From an uncultured Candidatus Saccharibacteria bacterium (GTDB lineage: Bacteria > Patescibacteriota > Minisyncoccia > 2-02-FULL-40-12 > GWA2-44-9), in contig CAZENF010000001.1 in NCBI GenBank assembly GCA_964513645.1, positions 266,022 through 303,837 of the forward strand: DNA of 37,816 nucleotides, written 5' to 3'. The notes under the pieces were generated by a model. That model saw nothing but the letters and a program-made list of their open reading frames with translations. It made no database searches and was not told where the DNA came from. Positions 28,077 through 36,623 of this stretch are shown here, in pieces (the stretch's first letter is position 1; every line of letters starts with the position of its first letter). The position numbers and the translations under genes are program-made.

Positions 28077-28706
28077 TTATCTGTTCAAGCTTGACTTATC
28101 GTCATTTTGATACCGCATATTAAAATCTTCTGCTTTCTTAGACCTGAATGAATATATCATGCCCGCAAAACTTGAGACAATTATAAAAGCGGTCGAGAAA
28201 AGCCAGGCCGCGATGCAATAAAGACCTAACTTCGATACACGTTTCTCAACTTCTCTTAGAGAGCGTCCGGCCAGAATAAATCCGGAGTTGTTTCCCGAGA
28301 AATAGTTTACAACCGCGGCCACTCGGACACCAGCTTTCGGTTCCCAGGTCACCCGGTCCTGGGTGTTTTTTTGAGTATATTCCAGAACACCCTTCGGCAG
28401 TTCAGGTACCTGCCCGTCGAGCTGGCCGGATGTACCTAAAACTTTACCATTCGCGTCATAAGCAATGAGAAAAGTTGCCAGACTTGTTCTGATATCCACC
28501 CGGGGCAGGTTTGCCAGAAGATTGGCCGCCTGGGCTCCGTTCTTGAGAAAAACTGATGCGTCCTCTGAAAGCTGTATCTGTGGGTCATTCGCCGACTGAC
28601 GCAGACTTTGCTGGACCGAAACATATGTCAAGCCGATAAACACGGTCACCAGAACAAGCAGAATGACATCCGTGTATATTATTTTCCAAAATTTGGGCGA
28701 ATACAT
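28077..28706 (-). CDS. Two-TM protein resembling a stand-alone sensor domain
   Basis: TM - QQSLRQSANDPQIQ...TWEP..GVRVA...AGRSLREVE - TM; no kinase domain; start uncertain. Confidence 0.7.
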   Translation of the reverse strand: MYSPKFWKIIYTDVILLVLVTVFIGLTYVSVQQSLRQSANDPQIQLSEDASVFLKNGAQAANLLANLPRVDIRTSLATFLIAYDANGKVLGTSGQLDGQVPELPKGVLEYTQKNTQDRVTWEPKAGVRVAAVVNYFSGNNSGFILAGRSLREVEKRVSKLGLYCIAAWLFSTAFIIVSSFAGMIYSFRSKKAEDFNMRYQNDDKSSLNR

Positions 28707-28746
28707 GATTAGCAATCATAGCACAGATGTTTATTATTAAAAGGGT

Positions 28747-28775
28747 TTGATATCGAAAACCACGAGTGCTATTAT
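28747..28775 (+). promoter_or_regulatory. Sigma70-type promoter
   Basis: TTGATA-N17-TATTAT with extended TG. Confidence 0.55.
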
Positions 28776-28804
28776 TCCTATGGCACTTTAAGACGGGTGG
28801 ACAC

Positions 28805-29113
28805 ATGGACCTTAGAGGCCGTATTGATTCCTGTCGGACGCGGGATGAAATAGCCGAGTTCTTGGCAGAAGAAAAGCCGTCCCGGGCCGAATTGGTCCGA
28901 ATTCTGAACGAGAACTTGCGGGAAAAATATCTTGAACTCTGCCAATTAGGAGAACAAACAGTTATCGACGCATACCGGAAGAAAAATGACCCTTATCTTC
29001 AGGACAAATACGTGGCCGGCAATAAAGAAATATACCGAGATACGGTTAATAATGATAGGCATTTTCAGGAATTTTATTTGCATCTGTGGCTGGTGCTCTA
29101 TACCGACCCGTAA
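28805..29113 (+). CDS. Hypothetical protein
   Basis: ATG 28805 after GGGTGG; promoter upstream, terminator downstream. Confidence 0.6.
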   Translation: MDLRGRIDSCRTRDEIAEFLAEEKPSRAELVRILNENLREKYLELCQLGEQTVIDAYRKKNDPYLQDKYVAGNKEIYRDTVNNDRHFQEFYLHLWLVLYTDP

Positions 29114-29117
29114 AAAC

Positions 29118-29137
29118 AACCCCCTTAAGGGGGGTTT
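29118..29137. terminator. Bidirectional terminator between convergent genes
   Basis: AACCCCC-TTAA-GGGGGGTTT with A/T flanks. Confidence 0.7.
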
Positions 29138-29141
29138 AAAT

Positions 29142-29597
29142 TTAAACGAGCTCTTTTTCCTGTTTCAAACTGCTCAGAAAATTATGAAGTCCGGAAGCCG
29201 GAGGATGAGTTTTATCGAAAACATTATGCTGAAGAAAGCGCTCTATCGCCATAGCATTTCTCGAAAGAAGCGCCTGACGAAGCTTTTCCATAACACTGAA
29301 TTCCGGCATATCAGCACTAATATCCACAGAAAACAGATGATTCTCGATATAATATTTGTCGTGACTAACGATAAAACGGTATTCCTTTTTTTCTCTGTCC
29401 CAGATCAGACCGACTATGTAGTGGAACTTGACCCCGAATTTTACGGAACAGGGAATCTTGGATTCTCCAAAATATGTATCCGTACCGTTGCGGTGCCAGG
29501 TAAAATTATCGATGTTCAACCTGACCTGCTCGAGAAGCTGGACAAGCAAGAGGTTTTCACCTTTGAAAAAGCCGATCGTGTACGGGGGTTTAACCAC
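29142..29597 (-). CDS. Hypothetical protein (GTG start)
   Basis: AAGGAGG 7 nt upstream; own promoter and terminator. Confidence 0.6.
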   Translation of the reverse strand: MVKPPYTIGFFKGENLLLVQLLEQVRLNIDNFTWHRNGTDTYFGESKIPCSVKFGVKFHYIVGLIWDREKKEYRFIVSHDKYYIENHLFSVDISADMPEFSVMEKLRQALLSRNAMAIERFLQHNVFDKTHPPASGLHNFLSSLKQEKELV

Positions 29598-29638
29598 TCG
29601 TCTCCCTCCTTGAGACCAACCTTGTTAAGGAATTATGG

Positions 29639-29666
29639 ATTATACACCTTTAAATCTTTGTGTCAA
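29639..29666 (-). promoter_or_regulatory. Sigma70-type promoter
   Basis: TTGACA-N16-TATAAT. Confidence 0.7.
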
Positions 29667-29673
29667 TAAAATA

Positions 29674-29689
29674 CCCCGGTTAACCGGGG
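29674..29689 (-). terminator. Terminator of the arginine kinase gene
   Basis: CCCCGG-TTAA-CCGGGG followed by TATTTTATT on the minus strand. Confidence 0.75.
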
Positions 29690-29718
29690 CTTTGCGAAAC
29701 GAACCCTACGCGAACGAA

Positions 29719-30738
29719 TTAAGACTTTTTCTCGAGTTCGAGAAGTTTCTTAACTCCGTTGAACATCAGACGGACTATCTCGACTTCCGAGATACCCAGA
29801 CGCTGTTTGTTCGAAATATCGTAAACTCCGCCTTCCGATTCGGAGTGCTCGCCGTGAACCCCACGGACCGACAGACCGAGTTGAGCACAGACCTCTTTGA
29901 ATTCTGGTTTCTGGCTGAATTTGGGCAGCTTCACGTGAACGCTCGCCCGCATCGCCGTACCAAGATTGGTCGGACAGCTTGAAAGATATCCGAACCGGTC
30001 GGAGTACGCGAATTTTACCTTCTTCTCGATGGTATTGATCGCCTTGGAAAGGCGGGCAAAAACCTCGCGAACGTTGCCGCCCGGCTGCATCGAAATGATG
30101 CGAAGATGGTCTTCTTCGTTGACCCAGACCAGGAACTGTTTGTTTGCCGAATGAAAGATTCCTCTGCCCTCGGGCCAGTTGCGATTCGAACCGGCGCTCT
30201 CGAGGAACCTGTCCCCTTTTTTGAAAAGGAAATGGTCCTTGACCAGTTGAAGCCTGTCTGGCTCCGACATATTGGCTAAGGAATAATACTTCCCTACAAG
30301 TTCACCTTTGAGAGTTTTAAGAGCGCTTACAGCTCTCCTCTCGACTTCAAGGCGTTCTGGCCTTGATATTGCGGGAGCAAAAGCATAACCCTTCAAATTT
30401 CTGCCAACCCGAATGCGGGTTGAAACAATTGAGTCACCGGAGGGATCCAGGTCTCCCAAGTCAGAAAGTTCATCCGCATCAAGATTCTTTTGATGTTTTG
30501 AAGTGACTGAAAAACCGTGGTAATCCTCGATAACTCTGTCAAAGAGAGGGCTGAACTTGGAATACGATTCCTGGTCTCCGGCATAAACGCCGACGCTGGA
30601 ATCGGGATTCTCTGTCCCTGAACGGATAACATCTGCAATGCCAAAATTATTGGATGTTCTAACATCCGCCAGTGCCAGACGAAGTTCCGGCGTCAGATAT
30701 TTTTGCAGAAGTGAAACTTTTTCCATAGTTTTTTCCAT
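29719..30738 (-). CDS. Arginine kinase (eukaryote-type phosphagen kinase)
   Basis: N-domain SLLQKYLT...SGTENPDSSVGVYAGD; STRIRVGRN, GDRFL, WVNEEDH, CPTNLGT, RGVHGEHSE, YDISNKQRLG. Confidence 0.92.
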   Translation of the reverse strand: MEKTMEKVSLLQKYLTPELRLALADVRTSNNFGIADVIRSGTENPDSSVGVYAGDQESYSKFSPLFDRVIEDYHGFSVTSKHQKNLDADELSDLGDLDPSGDSIVSTRIRVGRNLKGYAFAPAISRPERLEVERRAVSALKTLKGELVGKYYSLANMSEPDRLQLVKDHFLFKKGDRFLESAGSNRNWPEGRGIFHSANKQFLVWVNEEDHLRIISMQPGGNVREVFARLSKAINTIEKKVKFAYSDRFGYLSSCPTNLGTAMRASVHVKLPKFSQKPEFKEVCAQLGLSVRGVHGEHSESEGGVYDISNKQRLGISEVEIVRLMFNGVKKLLELEKKS

Positions 30739-30780
30739 CCGTTGTTCTCTCCTTTAATTCGACCGAATGTTCATTCTACA

Positions 30781-30809
30781 GTTATACTTGCATTTGTAAA
30801 TCTTGACAA
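30781..30809 (-). promoter_or_regulatory. Sigma70-type promoter of the arginine kinase gene
   Basis: TTGTCA-N17-TATAAC. Confidence 0.55.
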
Positions 30810-30834
30810 AATTAATTAATATTGAATTATAAAA

Positions 30835-30848
30835 AGGCCTGAAGGCCT
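30835..30848 (-). terminator. Terminator of the YHYH gene
   Basis: AGGCC-TTCA-GGCCT-TTTT on the minus strand. Confidence 0.6.
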
Positions 30849-30874
30849 ATATAGAAGTCGGCTGTAAGTGAGTT

Positions 30875-32131
30875 TTATTGCGGCGGCCCGCCGGCCGGTA
30901 CGCAAGCCGGAGACGACATTCCAGGTGGAATTTGGCAGGTTCCAGAAATAGTATCGCCGTATGGTGAAACAAAACTGCAGCTTGAATTAGTAGATTTACC
31001 CTGACAGGCGGTTATCGCCTCTTGTGGCGGCGTCCCGCTAACCGAACCTTGCTGCACCTGTCCTGCCGTTCCTCCGGAAGGCGCTCCGGAACCTGTTCCC
31101 GAAGTCGGGCCGTTAACTGTTGACTTCCCACGGAAACAACTGACCGAATACGGAAAATCTATCGTCATAACATAGTGATAGGTCATAACTTTTTTCCCGT
31201 CGAGAACTATCTCACTGGTCAGACCGTGGCATTCATCCAAATCATCCGTGGTCAGATATTTTCCGCCCGAAAGTGCCGGACCGGTTATCGGAAATCCGTC
31301 AAAAGCATAACCGATGACCTGCGATACAGGCGGATCTTTAAAACATCTCGACAGGCCGTGATAATGATACTCACCCGAAACCTGGGGATGGCCGTCGCAG
31401 GAATCCTGAACTTCTCTGGCAACCGCATCGCGAAGCAAAGCATCGAAAGCATCAAAAAGCATCACTCCGCTGGTCATTATTCCCACTTCGCCTCCGATAC
31501 AAGCCGGACTTGGAAGAATTTGCGGCGCGGCGGGGAACTTGAACGACAAGCTTTGGGTTTTTATAGAATTAGGATTACGATCGAACTGATATGCCGGGTC
31601 ATCCGATGATATCGGAAATATTCCGGTATGATGCGTCGCCGGCAGGTCATTAGTCGTAATTACTCTGTAACCGCCGGACAAAGACATGTTTATGCTCGCA
31701 TTCGACCAGGCAACATCACCTTGGGCCGAGATTTTTTTATTAATATTCCAAGTGTTGCCGGATATCCAACTGCCTGCCGCCTGCGCTCCGCCGCCATCGG
31801 TTCTGGGATTACAAAGATAGACATAGCCCTTTTTTGGCCCAGTGGTTACATATTTATTATCGCCTAAAGGCAAAATCCCGTCGGCATATTTAGTTCCGCC
31901 AAGTCCAACCAAAGAGTCACTCGTCGTAACAGTGGCAGTTGCGGCACTTGAAGCCGAAGGCGCGGAAGGTTTGGCTGAATTTGTCGAACCACTGTTATCC
32001 GAAGGAAAAGTATAACTCTGTTCATTTGCGGTCGGAGTCGGAGAAGAACCTGGCGACAAATTGGCCGGAGCATGCGACAGACCGACCAAGGCCAGTATTG
32101 AGATGATAAAATTTCTAAAAAAGCTAAGCAT
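30875..32131 (-). CDS. Secreted YHYH-domain protein
   Basis: DSCDGHP...GEYHYHG, GYAFDGFPI, LDECHG, YHY, FPY; Cys-rich tail; start moved to ATG 32131. Confidence 0.85.
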   Translation of the reverse strand: MLSFFRNFIISILALVGLSHAPANLSPGSSPTPTANEQSYTFPSDNSGSTNSAKPSAPSASSAATATVTTSDSLVGLGGTKYADGILPLGDNKYVTTGPKKGYVYLCNPRTDGGGAQAAGSWISGNTWNINKKISAQGDVAWSNASINMSLSGGYRVITTNDLPATHHTGIFPISSDDPAYQFDRNPNSIKTQSLSFKFPAAPQILPSPACIGGEVGIMTSGVMLFDAFDALLRDAVAREVQDSCDGHPQVSGEYHYHGLSRCFKDPPVSQVIGYAFDGFPITGPALSGGKYLTTDDLDECHGLTSEIVLDGKKVMTYHYVMTIDFPYSVSCFRGKSTVNGPTSGTGSGAPSGGTAGQVQQGSVSGTPPQEAITACQGKSTNSSCSFVSPYGDTISGTCQIPPGMSSPACVPAGGPPQ

Positions 32132-32141
32132 AAAAAATCGA

Positions 32142-32936
32142 TTAAGAAAGTAGAACTCCTCCGTCAACTACGATTTGAGAACCGGTAATATAGCTTGAGA
32201 GTTCCGAAGCCAGGAAAAGAGCAACTTTGCCGATATCATCCGGCTCACCCATTCTTTTCATCGGTATTCTCTCAATGAATTTTTTCTGGATCGCTTCTAT
32301 CTCGGGTGTTTTAGGCGCTCCGGCTCCGGCTCCAGGTGTATTTATCCCGCCGGGCGCGATCGCGTTGACTTGGATATTGTAAGGCGCAAGTTCAAGCGCG
32401 GTATTTTTGGTAAAACCCCAAAGACCGTGCTTAGAAGCATCGTAGACCGCCAGGCCGACAGCCGAAGGGTGAAGAGCATCAATTGAACTTATGTTTATTA
32501 TCTTGCCGCCCCGGTTTTGTTTTATCATAATTTCTCCGACTATCTTGGTAAAAAGAAAAACACTTTTTAAATTAACGGATAATATTTTCTCAAAAATAGA
32601 AATATCCATTTTAAGGATCGGAACAACAGGATAAATACCGGCATTATTGACCAAAATATCAATTCCGTCGCATTTTTTTGAAGTAAACTCAACAACCTTG
32701 TTCACATCGCCCTCATCAGCGACATTGGCTTTGATAAATTCGCAATTAAAACCTATGCCCTTCAATTCTTTAACCGCATTCCGGCCGGCGTCCTCGTTCA
32801 TATCCGCCACAACAACATTCGCTCCGGCTTCAGCCAGGCGATAAGCAATGCCAAAACCTATCCCCATTGCCCCACCGGTAACAATGGCGGTTTTATTTTT
32901 CAGATCTATCATTCTGTTCAAAGGAGATAGTTCCAT
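32142..32936 (-). CDS. Classical short-chain dehydrogenase/reductase
   Basis: TGGAMGIG, NNAG, YDASK, VNAIAPG, ITGSQIVVDGG. Confidence 0.95.
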   Translation of the reverse strand: MELSPLNRMIDLKNKTAIVTGGAMGIGFGIAYRLAEAGANVVVADMNEDAGRNAVKELKGIGFNCEFIKANVADEGDVNKVVEFTSKKCDGIDILVNNAGIYPVVPILKMDISIFEKILSVNLKSVFLFTKIVGEIMIKQNRGGKIINISSIDALHPSAVGLAVYDASKHGLWGFTKNTALELAPYNIQVNAIAPGGINTPGAGAGAPKTPEIEAIQKKFIERIPMKRMGEPDDIGKVALFLASELSSYITGSQIVVDGGVLLS

Positions 32937-32998
32937 CGGTTTAATTTTAGCATAATTAGTTTTTAGTAAAAAGTTTAAGCAAATCCCCTTAAAAAGCG

Positions 32999-33787
32999 TT
33001 AAATGCCGACAGTCTTTTGAACTATCGTTCGGATGGCTTTAGTTTGAGGGCCGTTCAAACCTAAACTCGACGCTCCGGACACACTCTTGTTGAAAAATTT
33101 TGAATAAAAAACACAGGCCGCAAGGTATGTTCCCATTGCCGAAGGATGCTTCCCGTCCGCTTGATAAAGTTCTATTTCCGGATGCGACGAACGCGTTTCC
33201 CGCCAGGCGTCTCCGACCGGGGCAACTATCGCCGAGAATTTTTGGCCAAGAACCTCATAGTGCCTCGATAATGCAGTTTGCATATCTTCGTAGCTGCAAA
33301 CTTGCGGTTCAGCCGAACAATTATCCTGGTCGCCCGATTTATAGCCCCAAGTCTCGTAAAAAACTACCTTCGCAGCTGGTAGGGCGCCGTGGATATAATT
33401 AACCAGATACTCGGCATAAGGCACGACTTCCGAATTAAATTCTCGGTCGCTAAAACTCGGCAGCTGACTTTGGTCTTGAAGGACAACGAAATCCCATTGT
33501 TTAGCTTTAATTTTGTCGAGAGTTGCTTGGTTCTTTGAGTGATTGGCTAAACTAAAACCGCCCGGCGCGACCGAATCATATTCGACGATATCGCCTTTTG
33601 ATCTCGCTAAATCTGAAACCATCTTCGGCAGATCATTCACATAAGTAAAGCTATTGCCGATGAACAGAACGCTTATCTTGTTGCCGGTCAAAGCCGCTGG
33701 CTTGGTCATAAAGTAAAACACCGAAGCCAAGACCAAAAGCCCGACCAACACTATGACCGGCAGATATGTATGAAGTTTAGAGTTCAT
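32999..33787 (-). CDS. Membrane-anchored SGNH/GDSL hydrolase-like protein
   Basis: FIGNSFT, WDFVVLQDQS, DGKHPS. Confidence 0.85.
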   Translation of the reverse strand: MNSKLHTYLPVIVLVGLLVLASVFYFMTKPAALTGNKISVLFIGNSFTYVNDLPKMVSDLARSKGDIVEYDSVAPGGFSLANHSKNQATLDKIKAKQWDFVVLQDQSQLPSFSDREFNSEVVPYAEYLVNYIHGALPAAKVVFYETWGYKSGDQDNCSAEPQVCSYEDMQTALSRHYEVLGQKFSAIVAPVGDAWRETRSSHPEIELYQADGKHPSAMGTYLAACVFYSKFFNKSVSGASSLGLNGPQTKAIRTIVQKTVGI

Positions 33788-33805
33788 TCCTGGGCTTTTA
33801 TAACT

Positions 33806-34255
33806 TCAGTCTTTTTTATCGAGCTGATTTAGAATCTTTAAGATAAGTTCGTTTTGATTTTCCAAGTGTTGAAGGATGGTTTCGATCTCTCTTTCGGATT
33901 TGGTGTTTACCTCAAAATCAGCCCTGGCTCTGGCTTCAGAGTGGCGGCTTTGGAGATTCTGACCGATCATTATCAAAGGCATCAGAAATATCTGAATCAT
34001 ATTCGAAATAAAGAGCCAAAGCACAAATGCCGGAAACGGGTCAAAGCGAAGCTTAGTCGCCGCAAGAGTATTCCAGCTTAACCATGAAACCGTCCAAACA
34101 AGTATCATGATAAAAAAGCCCATTGTTCCAACATGTTCCGTTATCCAAATAGCAAATTCTTCTAACTTGCTTAAACTTTCTCTGTGCTGAACATTAACAT
34201 TCTTCACCGCACTCCCCTGATTCTTTAATTGTTCAAGTTTTAATGGTTGATGCAT
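33806..34255 (-). CDS. DUF1003 membrane protein
   Basis: VGTMGFF, FDPFP, PLIMIGQN...DFEVN..SEREI. Confidence 0.88.
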   Translation of the reverse strand: MHQPLKLEQLKNQGSAVKNVNVQHRESLSKLEEFAIWITEHVGTMGFFIMILVWTVSWLSWNTLAATKLRFDPFPAFVLWLFISNMIQIFLMPLIMIGQNLQSRHSEARARADFEVNTKSEREIETILQHLENQNELILKILNQLDKKD

Positions 34256-34316
34256 ATTTATTTAATTTTAGAATTTATTTAGAGAAAAGCAATTAGGAAT
34301 TAGATCTGACAACATT

Positions 34317-34985
34317 TTAGTTTTCCAGCCAATTTATAAATACCTGCTTAATATGATTCATATGGTTCGTACCGATTCTGGAGCCAGTTAAGTGGATAAT
34401 ACTGAATGCCGGAATCTGATTAATAGTAGAGCTAATCACCATACGTTCAGTTCTTGCTCCATGTGGTCTGGAATAAATAATGGTTTCGTTCTCAATCTGT
34501 AGAAATGTTTTTATTTTTTCATGAGTTTTTATACCGATAATAAAAATCTTCTTGGGTTTCACAATTTGAATTATCTCTTTTATTTCAACAAAGCACATCT
34601 TCTCAATTTCTAAGCTTTTAGGGTAGCTCTCCCAAGTGAAGATATTTTTTGCACGAAAGAATATGATGGGCAAGATCACTGACTTTTCCAAATATTTTAT
34701 CCCAATCGGTCCGAAAAAATTACGAACACGCTCACTCATTCGATATTTTGCTTCTATAAATTCATTTTTGGTGACTGAAAAATCTTTGGATTCGAATCTA
34801 GATCGATCTTTATTTATAAAGTCGGATTCATTTCCACCAGGCTGATAGGTCAGAATCATGAGATCGGGATTTGATATTACAGTGGAATAAAAAACCTTTA
34901 TTCCTGGACTCCATTCTGGGTATTTTACCCTCCAAATATTATAGATCTTGGACGTTAGTTGTTCTGACCACATTGTTATGTTCAC
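34317..34985 (-). CDS. AT-rich hypothetical protein, possibly uracil-DNA glycosylase superfamily (GTG start)
   Basis: LTYQPGG, IIFFRA, IVKPKKIFIIG and IIHLTG occur in the order of UDG motifs, but the match is degenerate. Confidence 0.45.
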   Translation of the reverse strand: MNITMWSEQLTSKIYNIWRVKYPEWSPGIKVFYSTVISNPDLMILTYQPGGNESDFINKDRSRFESKDFSVTKNEFIEAKYRMSERVRNFFGPIGIKYLEKSVILPIIFFRAKNIFTWESYPKSLEIEKMCFVEIKEIIQIVKPKKIFIIGIKTHEKIKTFLQIENETIIYSRPHGARTERMVISSTINQIPAFSIIHLTGSRIGTNHMNHIKQVFINWLEN

Positions 34986-35037
34986 AATATTTATATTTGA
35001 GTTGAAAAAGACATCAAGTATCCTAAGTCAAACAAAA

Positions 35038-35997
35038 TTAACGTTTGGAAATGGAGTTCAGGATTTTTTTAACTTTATTCAAGGTGTCTTCGTCGTGAAT
35101 TGATAAGGCCAGAGTATTTCGGTTTAATTTTTTCAGCCGGGTTAATTTATTTTTTAATTCTTTGTCAGATAAGATGTCGTATTTGCTCAAAAATAAATAT
35201 TCTTTTTTCGAAGCCAGTTGTTTGGAATACTTCTTGAGCTCGTTTTTAACTATCTTATAATCCCGAGCTGGGTTATCTGATTCGGCCGAGACCAGATGAA
35301 ATAATATTTTTGTCCGCTCAATATGCTGGAGAAATTTAATCCCGAGTCCTTTGCCTTCGGACGCCCCTTCGATAAGCCCAGGGATATCGGCCAGGATAAG
35401 GTCATAATAAACGCCGAGGTTCGGTTCAAGGGTCGTAAAGGCGTAATTGGCAACTTTGCTTTTGGCAGCAGTTAATTCATTAAGCAAACTCGACTTGCCG
35501 GCATTGGGCAGTCCGATGAGGCCAATATCCGCGATGAGTTTGAGAGTTAACCGGACAGTGAATCCCTGACCGGGCGTGCCGGGTCCGAATTGTTTCGGCC
35601 GGGTATTGGTCGAGGATCGGTAATGATAATTGCCCTTGCCGCCATATCCGCCCTTGGCGCTTAAGATGCGTTCGCCGGTTTTGACTATTTCCTTAACCTC
35701 GCCCGAATCGAGATTGGTGATGACCGTTCCAACCGGAACCTGGAGAATGATATCTTTGCCGTCAGTGCCGTCAACAAAATCCCCACTGCCGTTTCCGCCA
35801 TCGTCGCTCTTAATTTCTTTCCGGTGGCGAAATTGATATAGCGCGCTTAGGTTCGAAATGCCCTCAAAATATATATCTCCGCCCTTGCCGCCGTTACCGC
35901 CGACAGGACCGAGCATCATTTTGTTGCGGTTAAAAGCCGCGGCTCCCTTGCCGCCATTGCCTGCTTTTAATTTGATTGTAACATCGTCGATGAGCAT
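35038..35997 (-). CDS. obgE: Obg family GTPase CgtA/ObgE
   Basis: MLIDDV..KAGNGGKG Gly-rich Obg fold; GLPNAGKS, YAFTT, DIPG; start moved to ATG 35997. Confidence 0.96.
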   Translation of the reverse strand: MLIDDVTIKLKAGNGGKGAAAFNRNKMMLGPVGGNGGKGGDIYFEGISNLSALYQFRHRKEIKSDDGGNGSGDFVDGTDGKDIILQVPVGTVITNLDSGEVKEIVKTGERILSAKGGYGGKGNYHYRSSTNTRPKQFGPGTPGQGFTVRLTLKLIADIGLIGLPNAGKSSLLNELTAAKSKVANYAFTTLEPNLGVYYDLILADIPGLIEGASEGKGLGIKFLQHIERTKILFHLVSAESDNPARDYKIVKNELKKYSKQLASKKEYLFLSKYDILSDKELKNKLTRLKKLNRNTLALSIHDEDTLNKVKKILNSISKR

Positions 35998-36016
35998 ATA
36001 AAAAATTCCAAGCTTG

Positions 36017-36166
36017 TGCCCGCCGTCCGGCAGGTTAAAAAATATTCCGGGCTTGCACCCGTCGCTTCGCTCCGGGTACTGCGAGCTCCTTTTACTCAAT
36101 GCTCCTGCTGGTCGCTATTGTGTGGGAGCTCTTGCTGGCATCCCCGGTCTAGAACCACCCAAGAGC
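36017..36166 (-). other. GC-rich multi-stem element upstream of obgE
   Basis: Stems at 36055-36079, 36083-36131 and 36047-36147; alternative stem 36128-36166. Confidence 0.45.
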
Positions 36167-36315
36167 AGTCTTTAAAGGGGTTTTTAGGCTATCTTTAAAA
36201 GGATATTTAATGCGTCTCGGTCGGGGTCAAAATGAGACAGAATTTATAGAAGGTGCTTGGGAAGGATTGGTTTTTGTATTCGGTCTTGATTTAAAACAGT
36301 ATTTGACAAATTTTC

Positions 36316-36603
36316 CTACTCGATCACTTTTTCCCTGTACAAGGTCTTGTATTTGCCTTCGCCTTTTTCTTCACCTACTATTTTAAAACCATAGTTTTCA
36401 TATATCTCCTGAGCTTTGGCTTCTTCGGGATCTTCGGATGTATATAATTTGAGCTTTTTGAAACCTTGCTCTTTCGCTTTATCTATCGTCCATTCTATCA
36501 ACTCTCTGCCTAAGCCCTTCCCTCTTTGATCCGGCCGGACACAATACCAACCAAGCCAGACAACTTTAGTCTGTACCCCATGGTATCCATTGATAGTATT
36601 CAT
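36316..36603 (-). pseudogene. GNAT acetyltransferase, apparently N-terminally truncated
   Basis: WLGWYCVRPDQRGKGLG, LYTS, YENYGF; only 95 aa, with an in-frame stop 12 codons upstream. Confidence 0.55.
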
Positions 36604-36623
36604 GGCAATGCTAAGATTAATAC

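Noticed and set aside
28986-29669. 227-aa plus-strand ORF
   Set aside because: It spans a terminator and lies antisense to 29142-29597, which has a promoter, SD and terminator; it has no recognisable motifs.
29719-30738. McsB protein-arginine kinase
   Set aside because: It has the phosphagen-kinase N-domain and lacks the McsB tail and operon context.
35998-36099. N-terminal extension of ObgE in the ORF track
   Set aside because: Obg homology begins at MLIDDV (35997); the extension runs through hairpins.
36040-36170. tRNA or SRP RNA
   Set aside because: No cloverleaf, TTCRA loop or CCA end, and no SRP domain IV motif.
310-36198. Numerous 60-170 aa ORFs antisense to, or nested in, well-supported genes
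   Set aside because: Shadow ORFs with no motifs or expression signals.
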